From an uncultured Gemmatimonadaceae bacterium (lineage in GTDB: Bacteria > Gemmatimonadota > Gemmatimonadetes > Gemmatimonadales > Gemmatimonadaceae), in the NCBI GenBank assembly GCA_963761305.1, contig CAVXGK010000002.1, positions 2,720,001 through 2,784,000 of the forward strand: DNA of 64,000 nucleotides, given 5' to 3'. The notes beneath the pieces are model-generated. The model was given only the letters and a program-made list of their open reading frames with translations. It was not told the DNA's origin and did not search any database. Within the stretch, counting starts at the first letter, position 1. Each line of letters begins with the position of its first letter. Shown here piece after piece: positions 51,351 to 62,533 of this stretch. Both the position numbers and the translations under genes were made by a program.

Positions 51351-54300
51351 CTATCGCTTGCCTCCGACGCACACGGGCACTTCGAGCTCCGAGACCTTCG
51401 CCGCCGCGACCGGCTGAAGGTTGTTCTTCGAGAGAAGCGCATTGAGCGACCCAAGCTCGTTGCCGTTGAGCGACGCCCATCCGGCGATGCGGCCTCGCAG
51501 GTCGGTGCAGGCCACCAGAAACGCCGCCTTCTGTGGGTCGTTTGGCGCCATGTCGCCCGAGTCCAACGTCTCGAGCTGGCGGACGAGCGTTCCGTTGAGC
51601 GTCGCGAACGCGGGTGGCTCGCGCTGGGGACCGGGATTGCCGGCGCCGGCACCGCGGCCTCGCCCACCCTGTGTCGTACCGCCTGCGATTAGCAGCTTCG
51701 CGTCGAAGTTGGCGATGGCCTGCGCGACGTCGGGCGGCGGGGGCGGCGTCGACTTCTGAATCGTCGCCAGCGCGGAGCGGGTGGCCGCGACCTGCTCGTA
51801 GCCGGCGTACGCCGACTTGATCCCCGCGTACAGCTTCATCTGCAGCTCGTGCTGCGCGGCCAGATCGGCCGCCGTCGCAGGAGAGCGCGGGTCGTTCTTT
51901 ACCGTCACGGTTTGTGAATAAGCCTTTCCATCCACGGTGAGCTTGAGGGTGTACGTGCCGGGAAGCGCGAGCGGCCCCTCGGGTGACGCCGGTGTCTCGC
52001 CCTCGTTGGCGTTGATCTCGTAGCTGTGATTGAACGCCGGCGGCGCGTCGTAGCGAATGTCCCAGTTGATCCGATTGGTGCCCGTCGCCGTCGGCATCGG
52101 TTTGGGAATCTCGATCCAATGGTCGGGAACGGGCAGCGGTGCCTCGTGGAGCGACGGAATCGGTGCGCTCGAGTAGTGACGCACGACGGTGCCGGCCGCG
52201 TCGCGCACCTCGAGAGTGATGTCGCTCGACGGCTTGGCATTCAGATAGTAGTAGACGAGCGCACCGGGCGGCGGGTTGAGGGCGTGCGGCACCTCGGGCG
52301 GGAACGGCGTGTCGCCGTTCACGTTGCGGCGCACGCGGATCGCGTCGCCCGGCTTGAACAAATGCGCCGGCTCGGACGCGATCGCCGCCGTCATCTGCCG
52401 GAGCGGCGAGTAGTCGTCGAGGATCCAGATGCTGCGGCCGTACGTGCCCACCACCAGATCGTTGTCCTTGATCACGATGTCGCGGTACGACGTGTTCGGC
52501 AGATTGAGCTGAAGCGACTGCCAATCGTCGCCGTCGTCGAACGACACGTACATCGAGCTCTCGGTGCCGGCAAAGAGCAGCCCCGCCCTCTTCGTGTCCG
52601 CGCGAATCACGCGCGCGAAGCTCCCACTCGGCTGATCGGTGCGCACGCCGCTGATGATCTTGGTCCACGACTTTCCAAAGTCGTGGGTCCGATAGAAATA
52701 CGGGGCGTAGTCGCCGGTCGTGTGATAGTCGACGGCGACATAGGCAGTCGCCGAGTCAGTATGCGACGCATCGACGGCCGAGATGTCGGCGCGCGTCGGG
52801 TTGGGGAGGTCGGCGATGGTGACCTCGTGCCACGTCACGCCGTGATCGCGCGTGAGCTTGATGATGCCGTTGTTCGTGCCGGCCCAGATGATTCCCGGCG
52901 ACATCGACGACGTCGCGAATGATTCGATCGAACCGGCGGGCGGACCGCCAAACCCGCCGCCCGCGCCACCCGGCGGTGGCGTGGGTGGCGGCGGCGCTCC
53001 GTCGTGCGCCGTCAAGTCCGGGCTCAGTTTCTTCCAGTGCATGCCGCCGTCGGTCGTCGACATCAAATACTGGAATCCCACGAGCAGCTCGTGCGGGTTC
53101 GTTTGCGACCAGAGAATGGGTTGATTGCCGACTTTGCGCAGCGACGCGGCGGCGGTCGACGTTCGGGCTCACGTTGATCCACTGGCCGCTCGGATACGTG
53201 ATCTTGACGATGCCACCGGCGGGACCGCCGGCGTAGACGATCTTGGGATTGAGCGGGTCGGCGACGATCGAACCGAACTCGTAGCCGGCGGTCGGATACC
53301 AGTCGAGCGGCGTGATCGCGCCGAGATCTCCGCGGCTGCGCGTGGCGATCGAGCCGGCGTCCTGCTGCGTGGCGTAGACCCAGTATGGATACGAGTTGTC
53401 GGCCGAGATGTGATAGACCTGGTCGGTGGCCTGGTTGTACCACGAGCTCCAGGTGAGGCCGCCGTCGAGCGAGATGGTCGCGCCCTGATCGACGCCGAGG
53501 AGCATGCGCTTGCCGTCGGTGGGATCGATCCACATCTGCTGTGGATCGTCGCCGCCTGGCGCGCCCTTGAACCCGGTGAACGTGTTGCCGCCGTCGTGCG
53601 AGATGAAGCTCGACGTGTTGATCGTGTAGACGAGATCCGGATTCTGGGGATCGACGTAGACGCCGCAGTTGTAGCCGTTCTGACCGTTGCGAATTCTGCG
53701 TATCGTTGGCCGCCATTTGGCGCCACGTGTCGCCGCCGTCGTCGGAGCGGAAGAATCCGAAGTTGCCGATGAGGAACATCCGCTGGGCGTTCGTATTCAT
53801 CGCGACAGCGATGGAGGTGCGTCCGGTCATCGCCGCGGGGAGCCCGTGACCGCTGATCTCCTTCCAGGTCTGGCCTTCATCAGTAGACTTGAACAAGTAC
53901 GTGCCGGTGGGGCCCTGCGGCGCGCCTCCCCCGCCTCCCCCGCCGCCGCCACCACCGCCGCGACCGGCGCCGGGCGCGTTGTAGTGGCGCACGGTCGTGG
54001 CGAGCATCACGCTCGGATGATCAAACGCCCAGGCGATTTCCTGCGCGCCCGTCGTCGAGTCCACGTAGAGCGTCTGCTTCCAGTTGCGTCCGCCGTCGGT
54101 GCTGCGAAACACGCCACGCGTGTGCGTGAACGTGTGGATGTTCCCCTGCGCCGCGAGCAGCACGAGGTTCGGGTCCTTGGGATCGACGAGGATCGAGGGG
54201 ATCTGCTTCGTGTCGTCGAGTCCCAGATGCTCCCACGTCTTGCCGGCGTCGGAGGATTTGTAGACGCCGTTCCCTTCGTTGATCCCGCCGCCGGTGATCA

Positions 54301-54625
54301 AGTCGCCCATGCCGACATAGATGACGTTCGGATCGGAGGGCGCGACTTGAACGCTGCCGACGGACGACGCCTCTTTGACGTCGTCCATGATCGGAAACCA
54401 CGTGGTGCCGGCGCTGGTGGTCTTCCAGACGCCGCCGAGGGGGAGGCCGATATAGAAGACGCCGGGCTGTCCGACGACGCCCGTGACTGCGGAGACGCGC
54501 CCGCCGCGGAACGGGCCGATGTTGCGCCATACGAGGCCGGCGTAGAGATCGGGGTTGATCGGCGGTCGCGCGCCGATAGGCCAGAGCGTGGCGAGTACGA
54601 CGAGGGGGAGTAGACGAGGGCGCAT
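51351..54625 (-). pseudogene. Second VPS10/BNR-repeat glycosyl-hydrolase-like protein; two +1 frameshifts (~53701, ~53155)
   Basis: WRNIGPFRGGR, Asp-boxes, GAPGGDDPQQMWIDP, GLLFAGTE, TYGRSIWILDD, spread over three frames. Confidence 0.85.
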
Positions 54626-54833
54626 GGTAGGGAGAGCCGGCTGTCGTTGCGTGAAATCTGTGGATTCGGATCGGTCTTTTCGAGGATCGGTCGCGCGCCT
54701 TGGCGGCGGCCGAAGTCTGTGCGCGTTATACTGGCGGGTCGGGCATCGACCATCGAATGTACCTCGCGCGGTACGACAAAACACTCCTCGAGCGTCAGGC
54801 GGAGCACGACCTTCTGGTGACGTCCCGACCCAC

Positions 54834-55061
54834 ATGGCAGACTTTCATCCGCGTTGCCCAAAGTGCGACAAGCCGATGGACCGCGGCCATGTTCCGGACG
54901 CGGCGCACGGGCGGGTTCTGGAATCAAGCTGGGCGCCGGGAGAACCGGAGGGTCGCCGCTTCCTGGGCGGGATCAAGTATCACGCGGATGAGCTGATTCC
55001 ATTGAGCGCCTATCGCTGCCCGGCCTGCGGCTACGTCGAGTTCTACGCACGGCCTGCCTAA
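54834..55061 (+). CDS. Small zinc-ribbon protein (DUF6487/PF20097-like)
   Basis: CPKC...MDRG...YRCPACGYVEFYA. Confidence 0.8.
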   Translation: MADFHPRCPKCDKPMDRGHVPDAAHGRVLESSWAPGEPEGRRFLGGIKYHADELIPLSAYRCPACGYVEFYARPA

Positions 55062-55084
55062 GGTACGCGTCGTATGAGACTGCA

Positions 55085-55696
55085 ATGAGAAAGATCAGAA
55101 TCATTGAACATATCTCGCTGGACGGTGTGATCCAGGCGCCCGGCGGGCGGAACGAGGGCGGCGACGAGTATCCGCACGGCGGTTGGTCGGCGCCGTATCG
55201 AAGCGCGGCCGGGGCAGAGGCGGTCGCCGAGGCACAGGGCACCAGCTTCGATCTGCTGCTTGGCCGCCGCACCTACGATATTTTCGCCGGCCACTGGCCG
55301 AACGCGGGGAACGGTCCGTTAGCGAACGCTCTCAACGCCGCGACGAAATACGTCGCGACCCACCGGCCGGACAGCCTCGGATGGGGTCCGGTCGAGGACT
55401 TGGGCGCGGATGTCGTGGAGGGCGTTCGCCGCGTCAAGTCGAAGGACGGCCCCGACCTGATCGTCTGGGGAAGCTCGACGCTGACGTCCATGTTGCTCGA
55501 GCGCGGATTGGTCGACGAGGTCGTGCTGCTCGTCTACCCGGTCTTGCTCGGCCGGGGCAAGCGCTTTTTCTCGGACGGTGCCGACCCGCGCGAACTCGCT
55601 CTCGTCAGCACGAAGGTCGTCTCCTCGCACGTGCTCGTGAACACGTATCGACACGCTGGAGCGCTGCGAACCGAAGCTGCCGCCGACGCGAGATAG
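55085..55696 (+). CDS. Dihydrofolate reductase/RibD C-terminal family protein
   Basis: ISLDGVIQAPGG, LLLGRRTY, WGSSTL, PVLLGRGKRFF. Confidence 0.92.
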   Translation: MRKIRIIEHISLDGVIQAPGGRNEGGDEYPHGGWSAPYRSAAGAEAVAEAQGTSFDLLLGRRTYDIFAGHWPNAGNGPLANALNAATKYVATHRPDSLGWGPVEDLGADVVEGVRRVKSKDGPDLIVWGSSTLTSMLLERGLVDEVVLLVYPVLLGRGKRFFSDGADPRELALVSTKVVSSHVLVNTYRHAGALRTEAAADAR

Positions 55697-55732
55697 CGAC
55701 GAGACGTTGTCTCTGAATGGAGAGGTGCTGCC

Positions 55733-56164
55733 ATGCGCCGCCGCGGACTCCTCATCGCGTTTGCCGTGTACGCCGTCGCCAGCCTTCTGCATTACGCTCA
55801 CAACGCCGAGTTGCTGGAGCACTACCCGAACATGCCGCGATGGCTGACTCGGGCGCAGATCTATTCCGCGTGGATCGCCCTGACCATCTTCGGCGCGGTG
55901 GGGTACCGTCTCGTGCGATCGCGATTTCTCTTTGCGGGGCTGTGCGTGCTGGGCCTCTACGGGATATTGGGATTCGACGGAATCAGCCACTATGCGCTGG
56001 CGCCGTTTGCGTCCCACACGCCTGGAATGAACGCGACGATCTGGATGGAGTTTGCGAGTGCGGCACTGTTTCTAACGGTCCTCGGGTGCGATGTCCGAGC
56101 GGTCCGCGTCGTCGCACGGCGTGGACGGTCAAGCTCCGGAAACTCGCTGTCTGACGAACGCTGA
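55733..56164 (+). CDS. Hypothetical membrane protein
   Basis: GAGG RBS; 4 TM segments; HYAHNAE..YPNMP. Confidence 0.75.
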   Translation: MRRRGLLIAFAVYAVASLLHYAHNAELLEHYPNMPRWLTRAQIYSAWIALTIFGAVGYRLVRSRFLFAGLCVLGLYGILGFDGISHYALAPFASHTPGMNATIWMEFASAALFLTVLGCDVRAVRVVARRGRSSSGNSLSDER

Positions 56165-56248
56165 CGTGACAAGGAGCTATTGAATTGTTTGCGGCTGTGC
56201 CGCAAGCTCTTATTGCAATCCGCTTGCGACTTGGCTCTGGCGTTAAGC
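56149..56248 (+). other. Degenerate integron attC-like site
   Basis: GTCTGAC...central hairpin TTGCGGC-TGT-GCCGCAA...GCTCTGGC-GTTAAGC (GTTRRRY); 100 bp; outer arms pair poorly. Confidence 0.4.
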
Positions 56249-56294
56249 CGCGGAAACACACGCTCTTTCACCACCACTGGTCTTCGGAGATCGT

Positions 56295-56681
56295 ATGAAG
56301 CGAGTCACTGGCATTGGCGGCATCTTCTTCAAAGCCAAAGACGCGAAGGCGCTGCAGGCTTGGTACAAGCGGCACCTGGGAATCGATGTCCAAGACTGGG
56401 GCGGCGCGGCTTTCACCTGGGCCGACGGTGATGGCAAGCCGGTCGCCGGAACCACGGCCTGGTCCATCGCTCCCGAGCAGAGTGGCCAGTTTGCGCCCAG
56501 CACTTCGACGTTCATGGTCAACTACCGCGTGGAGGATCTCCACGCTCTGGTCGAAGCCTTACGCGAAGAAGGCTGCAACGTTCTCGAGAAGATCGACGAT
56601 TCCGAGTACGGGAAGTTTGGCTGGGTCATCGATCCGGAGGGAAACAAGGTAGAACTTTGGCAACCGCCTGCCGGCGAGTGA
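56295..56681 (+). CDS. VOC/glyoxalase family protein
   Basis: MKRVTGIGGIFFK, MVNYRV, YGKFGWVIDPEGNKVELW. Confidence 0.92.
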   Translation: MKRVTGIGGIFFKAKDAKALQAWYKRHLGIDVQDWGGAAFTWADGDGKPVAGTTAWSIAPEQSGQFAPSTSTFMVNYRVEDLHALVEALREEGCNVLEKIDDSEYGKFGWVIDPEGNKVELWQPPAGE

Positions 56682-57007
56682 CCGGGGCACTCGGCCTCAG
56701 CGCAATTCTGCGGCTTATGCGCCCTCTTCTATTTTTTTCCTCAGTTCGCGGCGGGGGCGTGCCGTCGTAGCACGGATGCGACCGGGAAAAGGTTCGCAGC
56801 ATAGCGTGACCCTTGACGCGACGGACTCGCTGTATAGTCGGCGTTAGTCCGAACCCAAGCATCCTCGTCGGCAAGTGACGCCTCGCGGACTGTCTGAGTT
56901 CATCCGCACGCAGCGCTAGTTCCGCCTCCCACTGCCGTCGGCCTTACGAACGCAGAAGCTGAACGCGTCGGGCGGAACAGACGCCTCTCTAACTCGTCTG
57001 GCTGTTG

Positions 57008-57457
57008 ATGCATCGACGACGTCTTGCAGTTCCAATTGCTGCCCTCATCGGCCTGGCCTGCGCTGCTTCGAGCAGGACTCCGCGAGATTTGCCCCAGGCC
57101 GGTCGAATGTGCAGGCCCGAGGACGGACTCGTTCTCAGCGCGCGGTATTGGCTCTCGTTGCCGGATAGTCCTGCGGATACTATCGGCAAGGACCCTAGCT
57201 TCTTCGCCGATCTGCCGAAGCTGCCCGAAAAAGCGATTCGAACGATCACCGATGAGCCAACCTGCCGTTCAGTCGCAATCCGGCTGGCTAAGGCTCGAGG
57301 AGACACGGCGGTCTGGCCCGTCTCTGTCTTGCGCTTCGGACCTACGCGATACCTCGCGTGGGACCTCGTCGAACCGCCAGGAGCTCGGCCCGCGATCTTT
57401 CTTACGTATTATGTCCTCGACGAGCAGCTGCACGTTCTCGCGAAGGTGTCCACCTAG
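57008..57457 (+). CDS. Hypothetical lipoprotein
   Basis: Lipobox GLAC; atypical codon usage. Confidence 0.6.
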   Translation: MHRRRLAVPIAALIGLACAASSRTPRDLPQAGRMCRPEDGLVLSARYWLSLPDSPADTIGKDPSFFADLPKLPEKAIRTITDEPTCRSVAIRLAKARGDTAVWPVSVLRFGPTRYLAWDLVEPPGARPAIFLTYYVLDEQLHVLAKVST

Positions 57458-57507
57458 CTTTCGTCCACCGTCCACTGCTGCTTCGCCGAGAAACTATAGA
57501 TCGAGCG

Positions 57508-59661
57508 TCACGACCACTTCAAATCTTCGCCGATGATGGGCAGCGTGCGCACGCGCTTGCCCGTCGCGGCGAAGATGGCGTTGCAGACGGCAGGCGCGGC
57601 GGCCGGCAGACCGGGCTCGCCCAAGCCCGTCGGTTCAGCGACCGACTTGATGAAATGAACCTCGACGAGCGGTGGTGCGTTGTTCATGCGCATCATCGGA
57701 TACTCATCGAAATTCGTCTGCGCGGCCGCCCCGTGCTCGATCGTGATCTTCTGGAACCACGCGGCGCTGATGCCGTCGAGCATCGCGCCCTGAATCTGAG
57801 CCTCCGCCGCGCTCAGGTTGATGATCGTCCCGGCGTCGACGGCGGCCGTGAGCTTCTTGAGCGTGAGCACGCCTTCGCGGCTCACCGCGACGTCGGCGAC
57901 GATCGCGATGTAGGCGTTGTTCGTGTGCGTGATCGCGAGGCCCATTCCCTCGCCGCGCGAACGCGACGCGCCCCATCCCGCCTTCTCCGTCGCGAGCTTG
58001 ACGACCGTGATCATTTTCGCCGGATCGAACCCGCGGCCGGCGGCGCTCGGAGTGGGAACTGACCCCACAAGGTCGAGCGTGAACGCGAGCGGGTCGCGGC
58101 CCGCGGCGTGCGCAAGCTCGTCGACGAAGCACTGCGTCGCCCAGATGTTCCCGTTGTCGCCTGGCGCGCGCCAATATCCCGTCGGGATGCCCGGCGGAAG
58201 CTTGCTCGACTTCACGTCCGAACCGGGGACGGCGATGAACGGAAAACCGCCGGCGCTCATATCACCGGGACCGCCTTGCATCTTCACGAACGCGTCGTGA
58301 AGCGCGACGACCTTGCCCGACCCGTCGAGGGCCGCCGTGAAATAGTGCCAGCCGTTCGAGCGATAGTTGTCGTGCGCGAAGTCGTGCTCACGGGTCCACA
58401 TCAGTTTCACCGGCGTGCCTTCGAGCCGCTTGGCGATCGCCGCTGCTTCGAGCGAAAACTCGTTGCTGCCGCGTCGGCCGAAGCCGCCGCCAAGTCGCGT
58501 GATGTGAACGATGACGTCCTTCGGTGCGAGACCGAGCCCGTGCGTGACGAGACCCTGGCCGCTTGCCGGGATCTGCGTAGGCGTCCACATCTCCATGACG
58601 CCGCTCTTGAAGACCGCGGTGCAGTTCTGCGGTTCGAGCGTGGCGTGAGCGAGGAATGGATAGTGGTAGACGGCTTCGATAGCCCTCGCTCCCTCCGGCA
58701 GCGGTCCCGGCGGCGTCGATTTCGCGAGCTGATCCGCCTGCCTCGCCATCTCCGCGCTGCTCTGGCTCGCGACCGGACCCTCGTCCCACTCGACGTGCAG
58801 CGCGTCGGTCGCACTGAACGCGTTCCACGTCGTGTCGGCTAGGATGGCGACGCCGGGCGTCAGTCCGTCGATGCCGTCGAGCACGAAGGCATCGCGTACA
58901 CCGAGCCGCTTCTTCACGTCGTCGAGGTTGGCGCTCTTGACCTTGCCGCCGAACGTCCGGCACTTGGTGTACGTCGCGAACACCATCCCGGGCAGCTTGA
59001 CGTCGATCCCGAACAGCGGCGTGCCCGTGACGATTTTCTGATTGTCGACGCCGGCCACGCGCGTGCCGAGCAGCTTGAAATCGCCCGGATTCTTCAACCG
59101 GGGGTTTGTCGGCGGCGTGAGCGTCGCAGCCTTCGAGACAAGCTGGCCATAGGTCGCACGCCGTTTCGACGCGGCGTGAATCACCGAGCTTCGCTCGGTC
59201 GTGCATTCGTTTTCAGGCACGCCCCATGTCTGCGCAGCGGCGGTGACGAGCATCGCGCGGGCCGTGGCGCCGGCGATACGAAGCGGAGTGAAGTTGCCGA
59301 CCGTCGAACCGCTGCCGACCGAAAACTGGCGGCCGTACGCCGGGTTCAAATCCCCCTGCACGATCGTCACGTTCTCCCACGCGACATCGAGCTCCTCGGC
59401 GACGATCATCGGGAGGCCGGTCTTGATGCCCTGCCCCATCTCGGAGTTCGGCGCGATGATCGACACCGCTCCGCTGGGCGCGATCGAGATGAACGCGTTC
59501 GGCGCGAAATTCTCAGCGGTGGCGGACGCGGTGTCCGCGTAGGCGAGCGATTCTCCGAAACGAAGGTACGTGCCGATCAACAGGCCGCCGCCGGCGAGCG
59601 CGCTGACCCTGATGAACTGGCGCCGGTCGACGGCCGGCGGCGGAACCTCGCGCGTCGTCAT
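57508..59661 (-). CDS. Xanthine dehydrogenase family molybdopterin subunit (IorB-like), Tat-exported
   Basis: DRRQFI Tat motif, [39 protein letters not shown]. Confidence 0.93.
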   Translation of the reverse strand: MTTREVPPPAVDRRQFIRVSALAGGGLLIGTYLRFGESLAYADTASATAENFAPNAFISIAPSGAVSIIAPNSEMGQGIKTGLPMIVAEELDVAWENVTIVQGDLNPAYGRQFSVGSGSTVGNFTPLRIAGATARAMLVTAAAQTWGVPENECTTERSSVIHAASKRRATYGQLVSKAATLTPPTNPRLKNPGDFKLLGTRVAGVDNQKIVTGTPLFGIDVKLPGMVFATYTKCRTFGGKVKSANLDDVKKRLGVRDAFVLDGIDGLTPGVAILADTTWNAFSATDALHVEWDEGPVASQSSAEMARQADQLAKSTPPGPLPEGARAIEAVYHYPFLAHATLEPQNCTAVFKSGVMEMWTPTQIPASGQGLVTHGLGLAPKDVIVHITRLGGGFGRRGSNEFSLEAAAIAKRLEGTPVKLMWTREHDFAHDNYRSNGWHYFTAALDGSGKVVALHDAFVKMQGGPGDMSAGGFPFIAVPGSDVKSSKLPPGIPTGYWRAPGDNGNIWATQCFVDELAHAAGRDPLAFTLDLVGSVPTPSAAGRGFDPAKMITVVKLATEKAGWGASRSRGEGMGLAITHTNNAYIAIVADVAVSREGVLTLKKLTAAVDAGTIINLSAAEAQIQGAMLDGISAAWFQKITIEHGAAAQTNFDEYPMMRMNNAPPLVEVHFIKSVAEPTGLGEPGLPAAAPAVCNAIFAATGKRVRTLPIIGEDLKWS

Positions 59662-60149
59662 GAACGGCCTCCTTTATCGGACACGCCGGCGGAAGCGAGT
59701 TCGGCGGCGCGCTTGATGCCCGCGCGCATGCGGGTGTAGGTCGCGCACCGACAGAGGTTGCCGGCCATCATCTTGTCGATGTCGGCGTCGGTCGGGTGTG
59801 GATTCTGTTTGAGCAACGCGGCCGCGGTCATGAGCTGGCCGGCCTGGCAATAGCCGCATTGCGGGACGTCGAGCTCGCACCACGCTTGTTGCAGCGGATG
59901 CTTGCCGGCAGCATCGAGGCCCTCGATCGTCGTGATCACCGAGCGGCCCACGCTCGAGACGGGCGTCTGGCACGCGCGCATCGGCGACCCGTTCAGGTGG
60001 ATCGTGCAGGCGCCGCATTCGCCGATGCCGCAGCCGAACTTCGTGCCCACGAGGCCCAGCGAATCCCGCAGCACCCACAGCATCGGGGTGTCCGGCGCTA
60101 CGTCGACCGATCGGGATTGCCCGTTGACGCTGAGAGTGTACTTGCTCAT
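59658..60149 (-). CDS. (2Fe-2S)-binding subunit (IorA-like)
   Basis: GTKFGCGIGECGACT, QCGYCQ, NLCRC. Confidence 0.95.
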   Translation of the reverse strand: MSKYTLSVNGQSRSVDVAPDTPMLWVLRDSLGLVGTKFGCGIGECGACTIHLNGSPMRACQTPVSSVGRSVITTIEGLDAAGKHPLQQAWCELDVPQCGYCQAGQLMTAAALLKQNPHPTDADIDKMMAGNLCRCATYTRMRAGIKRAAELASAGVSDKGGRS

Positions 60150-60200
60150 GCGCGTCCCTTGGAAGTCGCCATTCGTAACACATTGATGGCAGTGGTGATC

Positions 60201-60245
60201 GCGCGCAAGACGGGTCCCTGGAACCTTGCGCGCCTTGCTTCCGTA
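60201..60245 (+). promoter_or_regulatory. Inverted repeat overlapping an ECF-type promoter
   Basis: GCGCGCAAG-N15-CTTGCGCGC (60201-60233); GGAACC-N16-CGTA (60220-60245) upstream of the gene at 60269. Confidence 0.45.
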
Positions 60246-60268
60246 GTGTGGCCTATCGGAGGCGTTCG

Positions 60269-60580
60269 ATGCGCGTACTGTGGACACTGCTCAAGGTCAT
60301 CATCGGTCTCGCGATCGCGATCCCGGTCGCGTTCCTGGCGATGGCGCTGACCGCCGGCCTCGTCGGCACTCTCGTCGCCCTCGCCGTCATCGCCCTCAAG
60401 CTTGCGATCGTCGGCGCCATCGGGTACGGACTGTTCCGGCTGGCGCGCGCGATGCTCGCGCCGTCACGCAACGTCCCGCCGGCACCCATTCGTGAGGTGT
60501 CCGCGCCGCTCACGGATCCGTACTACGATGCGGCCGTGCGCGAGCTCGACGCGGAGCTCGGCGTTCGACCGCGCGGCTGA
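60269..60580 (+). CDS. Hypothetical membrane protein
   Basis: GGAGG RBS; long hydrophobic N-terminus; DPYYDAAVRELDAEL. Confidence 0.75.
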   Translation: MRVLWTLLKVIIGLAIAIPVAFLAMALTAGLVGTLVALAVIALKLAIVGAIGYGLFRLARAMLAPSRNVPPAPIREVSAPLTDPYYDAAVRELDAELGVRPRG

Positions 60581-60691
60581 AGCCGCTCAGTCGCTTCCGA
60601 CGGCCTGAGGCGCACCGAGGTCCGCGTCGGAGGCGATCGTTGCGGGGGCGACGCGACGGAGCTACAGATTCCGTTAAGCACTGTCGCTCCC

Positions 60692-60937
60692 ATGATAATC
60701 GAAGAGCCGTCTGGTTCCGCGCGCCGCAATGCCGGCACTGAAGCGCTTGCGAGCGGTTTCGTCCCCGGCGTCGGCCAACTGTTGCAAGGCCGCCGTTTCG
60801 CCGCGGCTATTCAGTTCACGACGGTCGTCGCTTACGTGGTGATCGGCTCGGAGCTTGGGCTCCGTCATGCCATGTTCTTTGCGTTCGCCTGGAACTGCTA
60901 TTCGGTGATTGACGCCTATCGCTTCCGGGCGGACTAG
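60692..60937 (+). CDS. Small membrane protein
   Basis: LASGFVPGVGQLLQGR...YSVIDAYR. Confidence 0.7.
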   Translation: MIIEEPSGSARRNAGTEALASGFVPGVGQLLQGRRFAAAIQFTTVVAYVVIGSELGLRHAMFFAFAWNCYSVIDAYRFRAD

Positions 60938-60989
60938 ACGTTACGATAGGGCTACCAATCGCGCCGCTGCAGACGCATCATCACAGCAC

Positions 60990-61436
60990 ATGGATCAGAC
61001 ATCTGGCGTAACAAACCCGCCGCCGCCGGCCTCCGCCTTCAACCGTTTCCTCTTGGTCGCCGGCCTCGCCCAAGTCGCCGCCACGTTCACGCCGGCGGGG
61101 CACGTGCGGATCCTCGGCAATGTCTCATTCGTCGGCCTACCATCCGCCGGCGCTGCCTTCGTTGTGCTTGGCCTGCTCGCCAGCGTCACGGCGCTTCGGC
61201 CGCGCGGTTGGTGGCGATGGGGCCCAGGCGTGGTTTCGCTCGCCTTGCTCGCCGTCATATACATGCGACTGCGCTCGGCGCCGACGGGGGGCTTCTTCGA
61301 TCCAGTCCTCCGACGAGTCGTGCAACCGGCGTGGGGCTTTTTTCCGATGACGTTCGCCGCATTGCTGATGCTGAGCGCAGCCGCCGCCGTTCGGTTCGAC
61401 CTCCGCAACCGTGAAATCAGTCCCAGACCGCGCTGA
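60990..61436 (+). CDS. Hypothetical membrane protein
   Basis: Four hydrophobic segments. Confidence 0.6.
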   Translation: MDQTSGVTNPPPPASAFNRFLLVAGLAQVAATFTPAGHVRILGNVSFVGLPSAGAAFVVLGLLASVTALRPRGWWRWGPGVVSLALLAVIYMRLRSAPTGGFFDPVLRRVVQPAWGFFPMTFAALLMLSAAAAVRFDLRNREISPRPR

Positions 61437-61818
61437 GGCAGCCGGCCGCCTCCGTCAAAGCCACGAACCACCCGACGTCGTCGCTCGGCGCGGCTGGCGG
61501 TATCACCATCTCGGCATCCCGACGAACGTCCCTCGGGAAAACGAGACCTATCTCGAGCGGTACGGCCTGTATGTCTCCGGCTTCCCGACAAGCCCGTACG
61601 GAATAGAGTGGATGCGTTTCGAGGCCAGCTCGCCGCTTCATCCTCTCATCAAGTCAGTGCCACATGTCGCATTCGAGGTAGACGATCTCGACTCCGCGCT
61701 GACGGGTCAGGACGTGATCTCTCCACCCGGCTCGCCATCAGATGGTGTGCGTGCCGCCATGATCGTCGTCGACGGGGCACCCGTGGAGCTCATCTCGTTT
61801 CGAAAGCGGGGGAGTTGA
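61411..61818 (+). CDS. VOC-like protein
   Basis: YHHLGIPT, YGIEWMRF, PHVAFEVDDL, GAPVEL. Confidence 0.75.
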   Translation: MKSVPDRAEAAGRLRQSHEPPDVVARRGWRYHHLGIPTNVPRENETYLERYGLYVSGFPTSPYGIEWMRFEASSPLHPLIKSVPHVAFEVDDLDSALTGQDVISPPGSPSDGVRAAMIVVDGAPVELISFRKRGS

Positions 61819-61870
61819 GGCCAGTGAAAATCCGGACGGCAACACGCTCCGGTTCACGCAGCCACTCCCA

Positions 61871-62533
61871 TCAGCGCAATGACACGCTGCCGCGCGGTCC
61901 GTCGATGATGGCGATCAAGGCGGCTCGCGGTGCACGCGTCACTGGCATCTGAATTCCGAGGACCTGCAGTCGATTCTGAACCACATCGGGATCCGGATGC
62001 TCGGCGCGCAACGCGGCCAATCTTCCACCCTGCGGGGCACCGGCCGCCGGATGCGGCGACCGACCCCAGTCGATGAAGAAGGGAATGAGTCCGTCCGCCG
62101 ACACTGTCGCCGGATCAGTGAATCGCCATGAGAGAACGATTCCATCCGGACGCTGTCGCCGGCCGTCTTGCGCCTCGCCGAGCACGATGCCATTCGACGA
62201 GGCGCGCGCGCGAATGCTATCGACGTCACCGGTCTTTGCTGCCCACGCGATGAGCTTCGCTTCCCTCAGGCCATCGAGACCGAACGCGCGAGTCCCCGGT
62301 GGGTCGGGTTGCTCGGGGTCGGGTGCAACGATCTCGAGGTAGACATCGCTGCCCAGGGCGAGCAGCGCGTTGCGCGTTCCTCGACCCGGATGCCGTCCGC
62401 CAAAGGTGGGGCGGACGCCGAGTAGGTCCTCGATCTCATCAATGCCGCGATCCAGGTCGGGAGTCGCGAACACCAAGTGATCGATGGGAATATCGACCGC
62501 GGCCGAGTGAATCGAGGAGTCCGTAGACGGCAT
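61871..62533 (-). CDS. VOC family protein (Glyoxalase_3)
   Basis: IDHLV, GGRHPGRGTRN, YLEIVAPD, PFFIDW. Confidence 0.9.
   Translation of the reverse strand: MPSTDSSIHSAAVDIPIDHLVFATPDLDRGIDEIEDLLGVRPTFGGRHPGRGTRNALLALGSDVYLEIVAPDPEQPDPPGTRAFGLDGLREAKLIAWAAKTGDVDSIRARASSNGIVLGEAQDGRRQRPDGIVLSWRFTDPATVSADGLIPFFIDWGRSPHPAAGAPQGGRLAALRAEHPDPDVVQNRLQVLGIQMPVTRAPRAALIAIIDGPRGSVSLR

Noticed and set aside
56189..56206. TTGCGGCTGTGCCGCAAG as an RAE
   Set aside because: The geometry differs from CTTGC-N-GCAAG; it is better explained as the apical hairpin of the attC-like site.
56813..56838. TTGACG...TATAGT promoter
   Set aside because: The spacer is only 14 bp.
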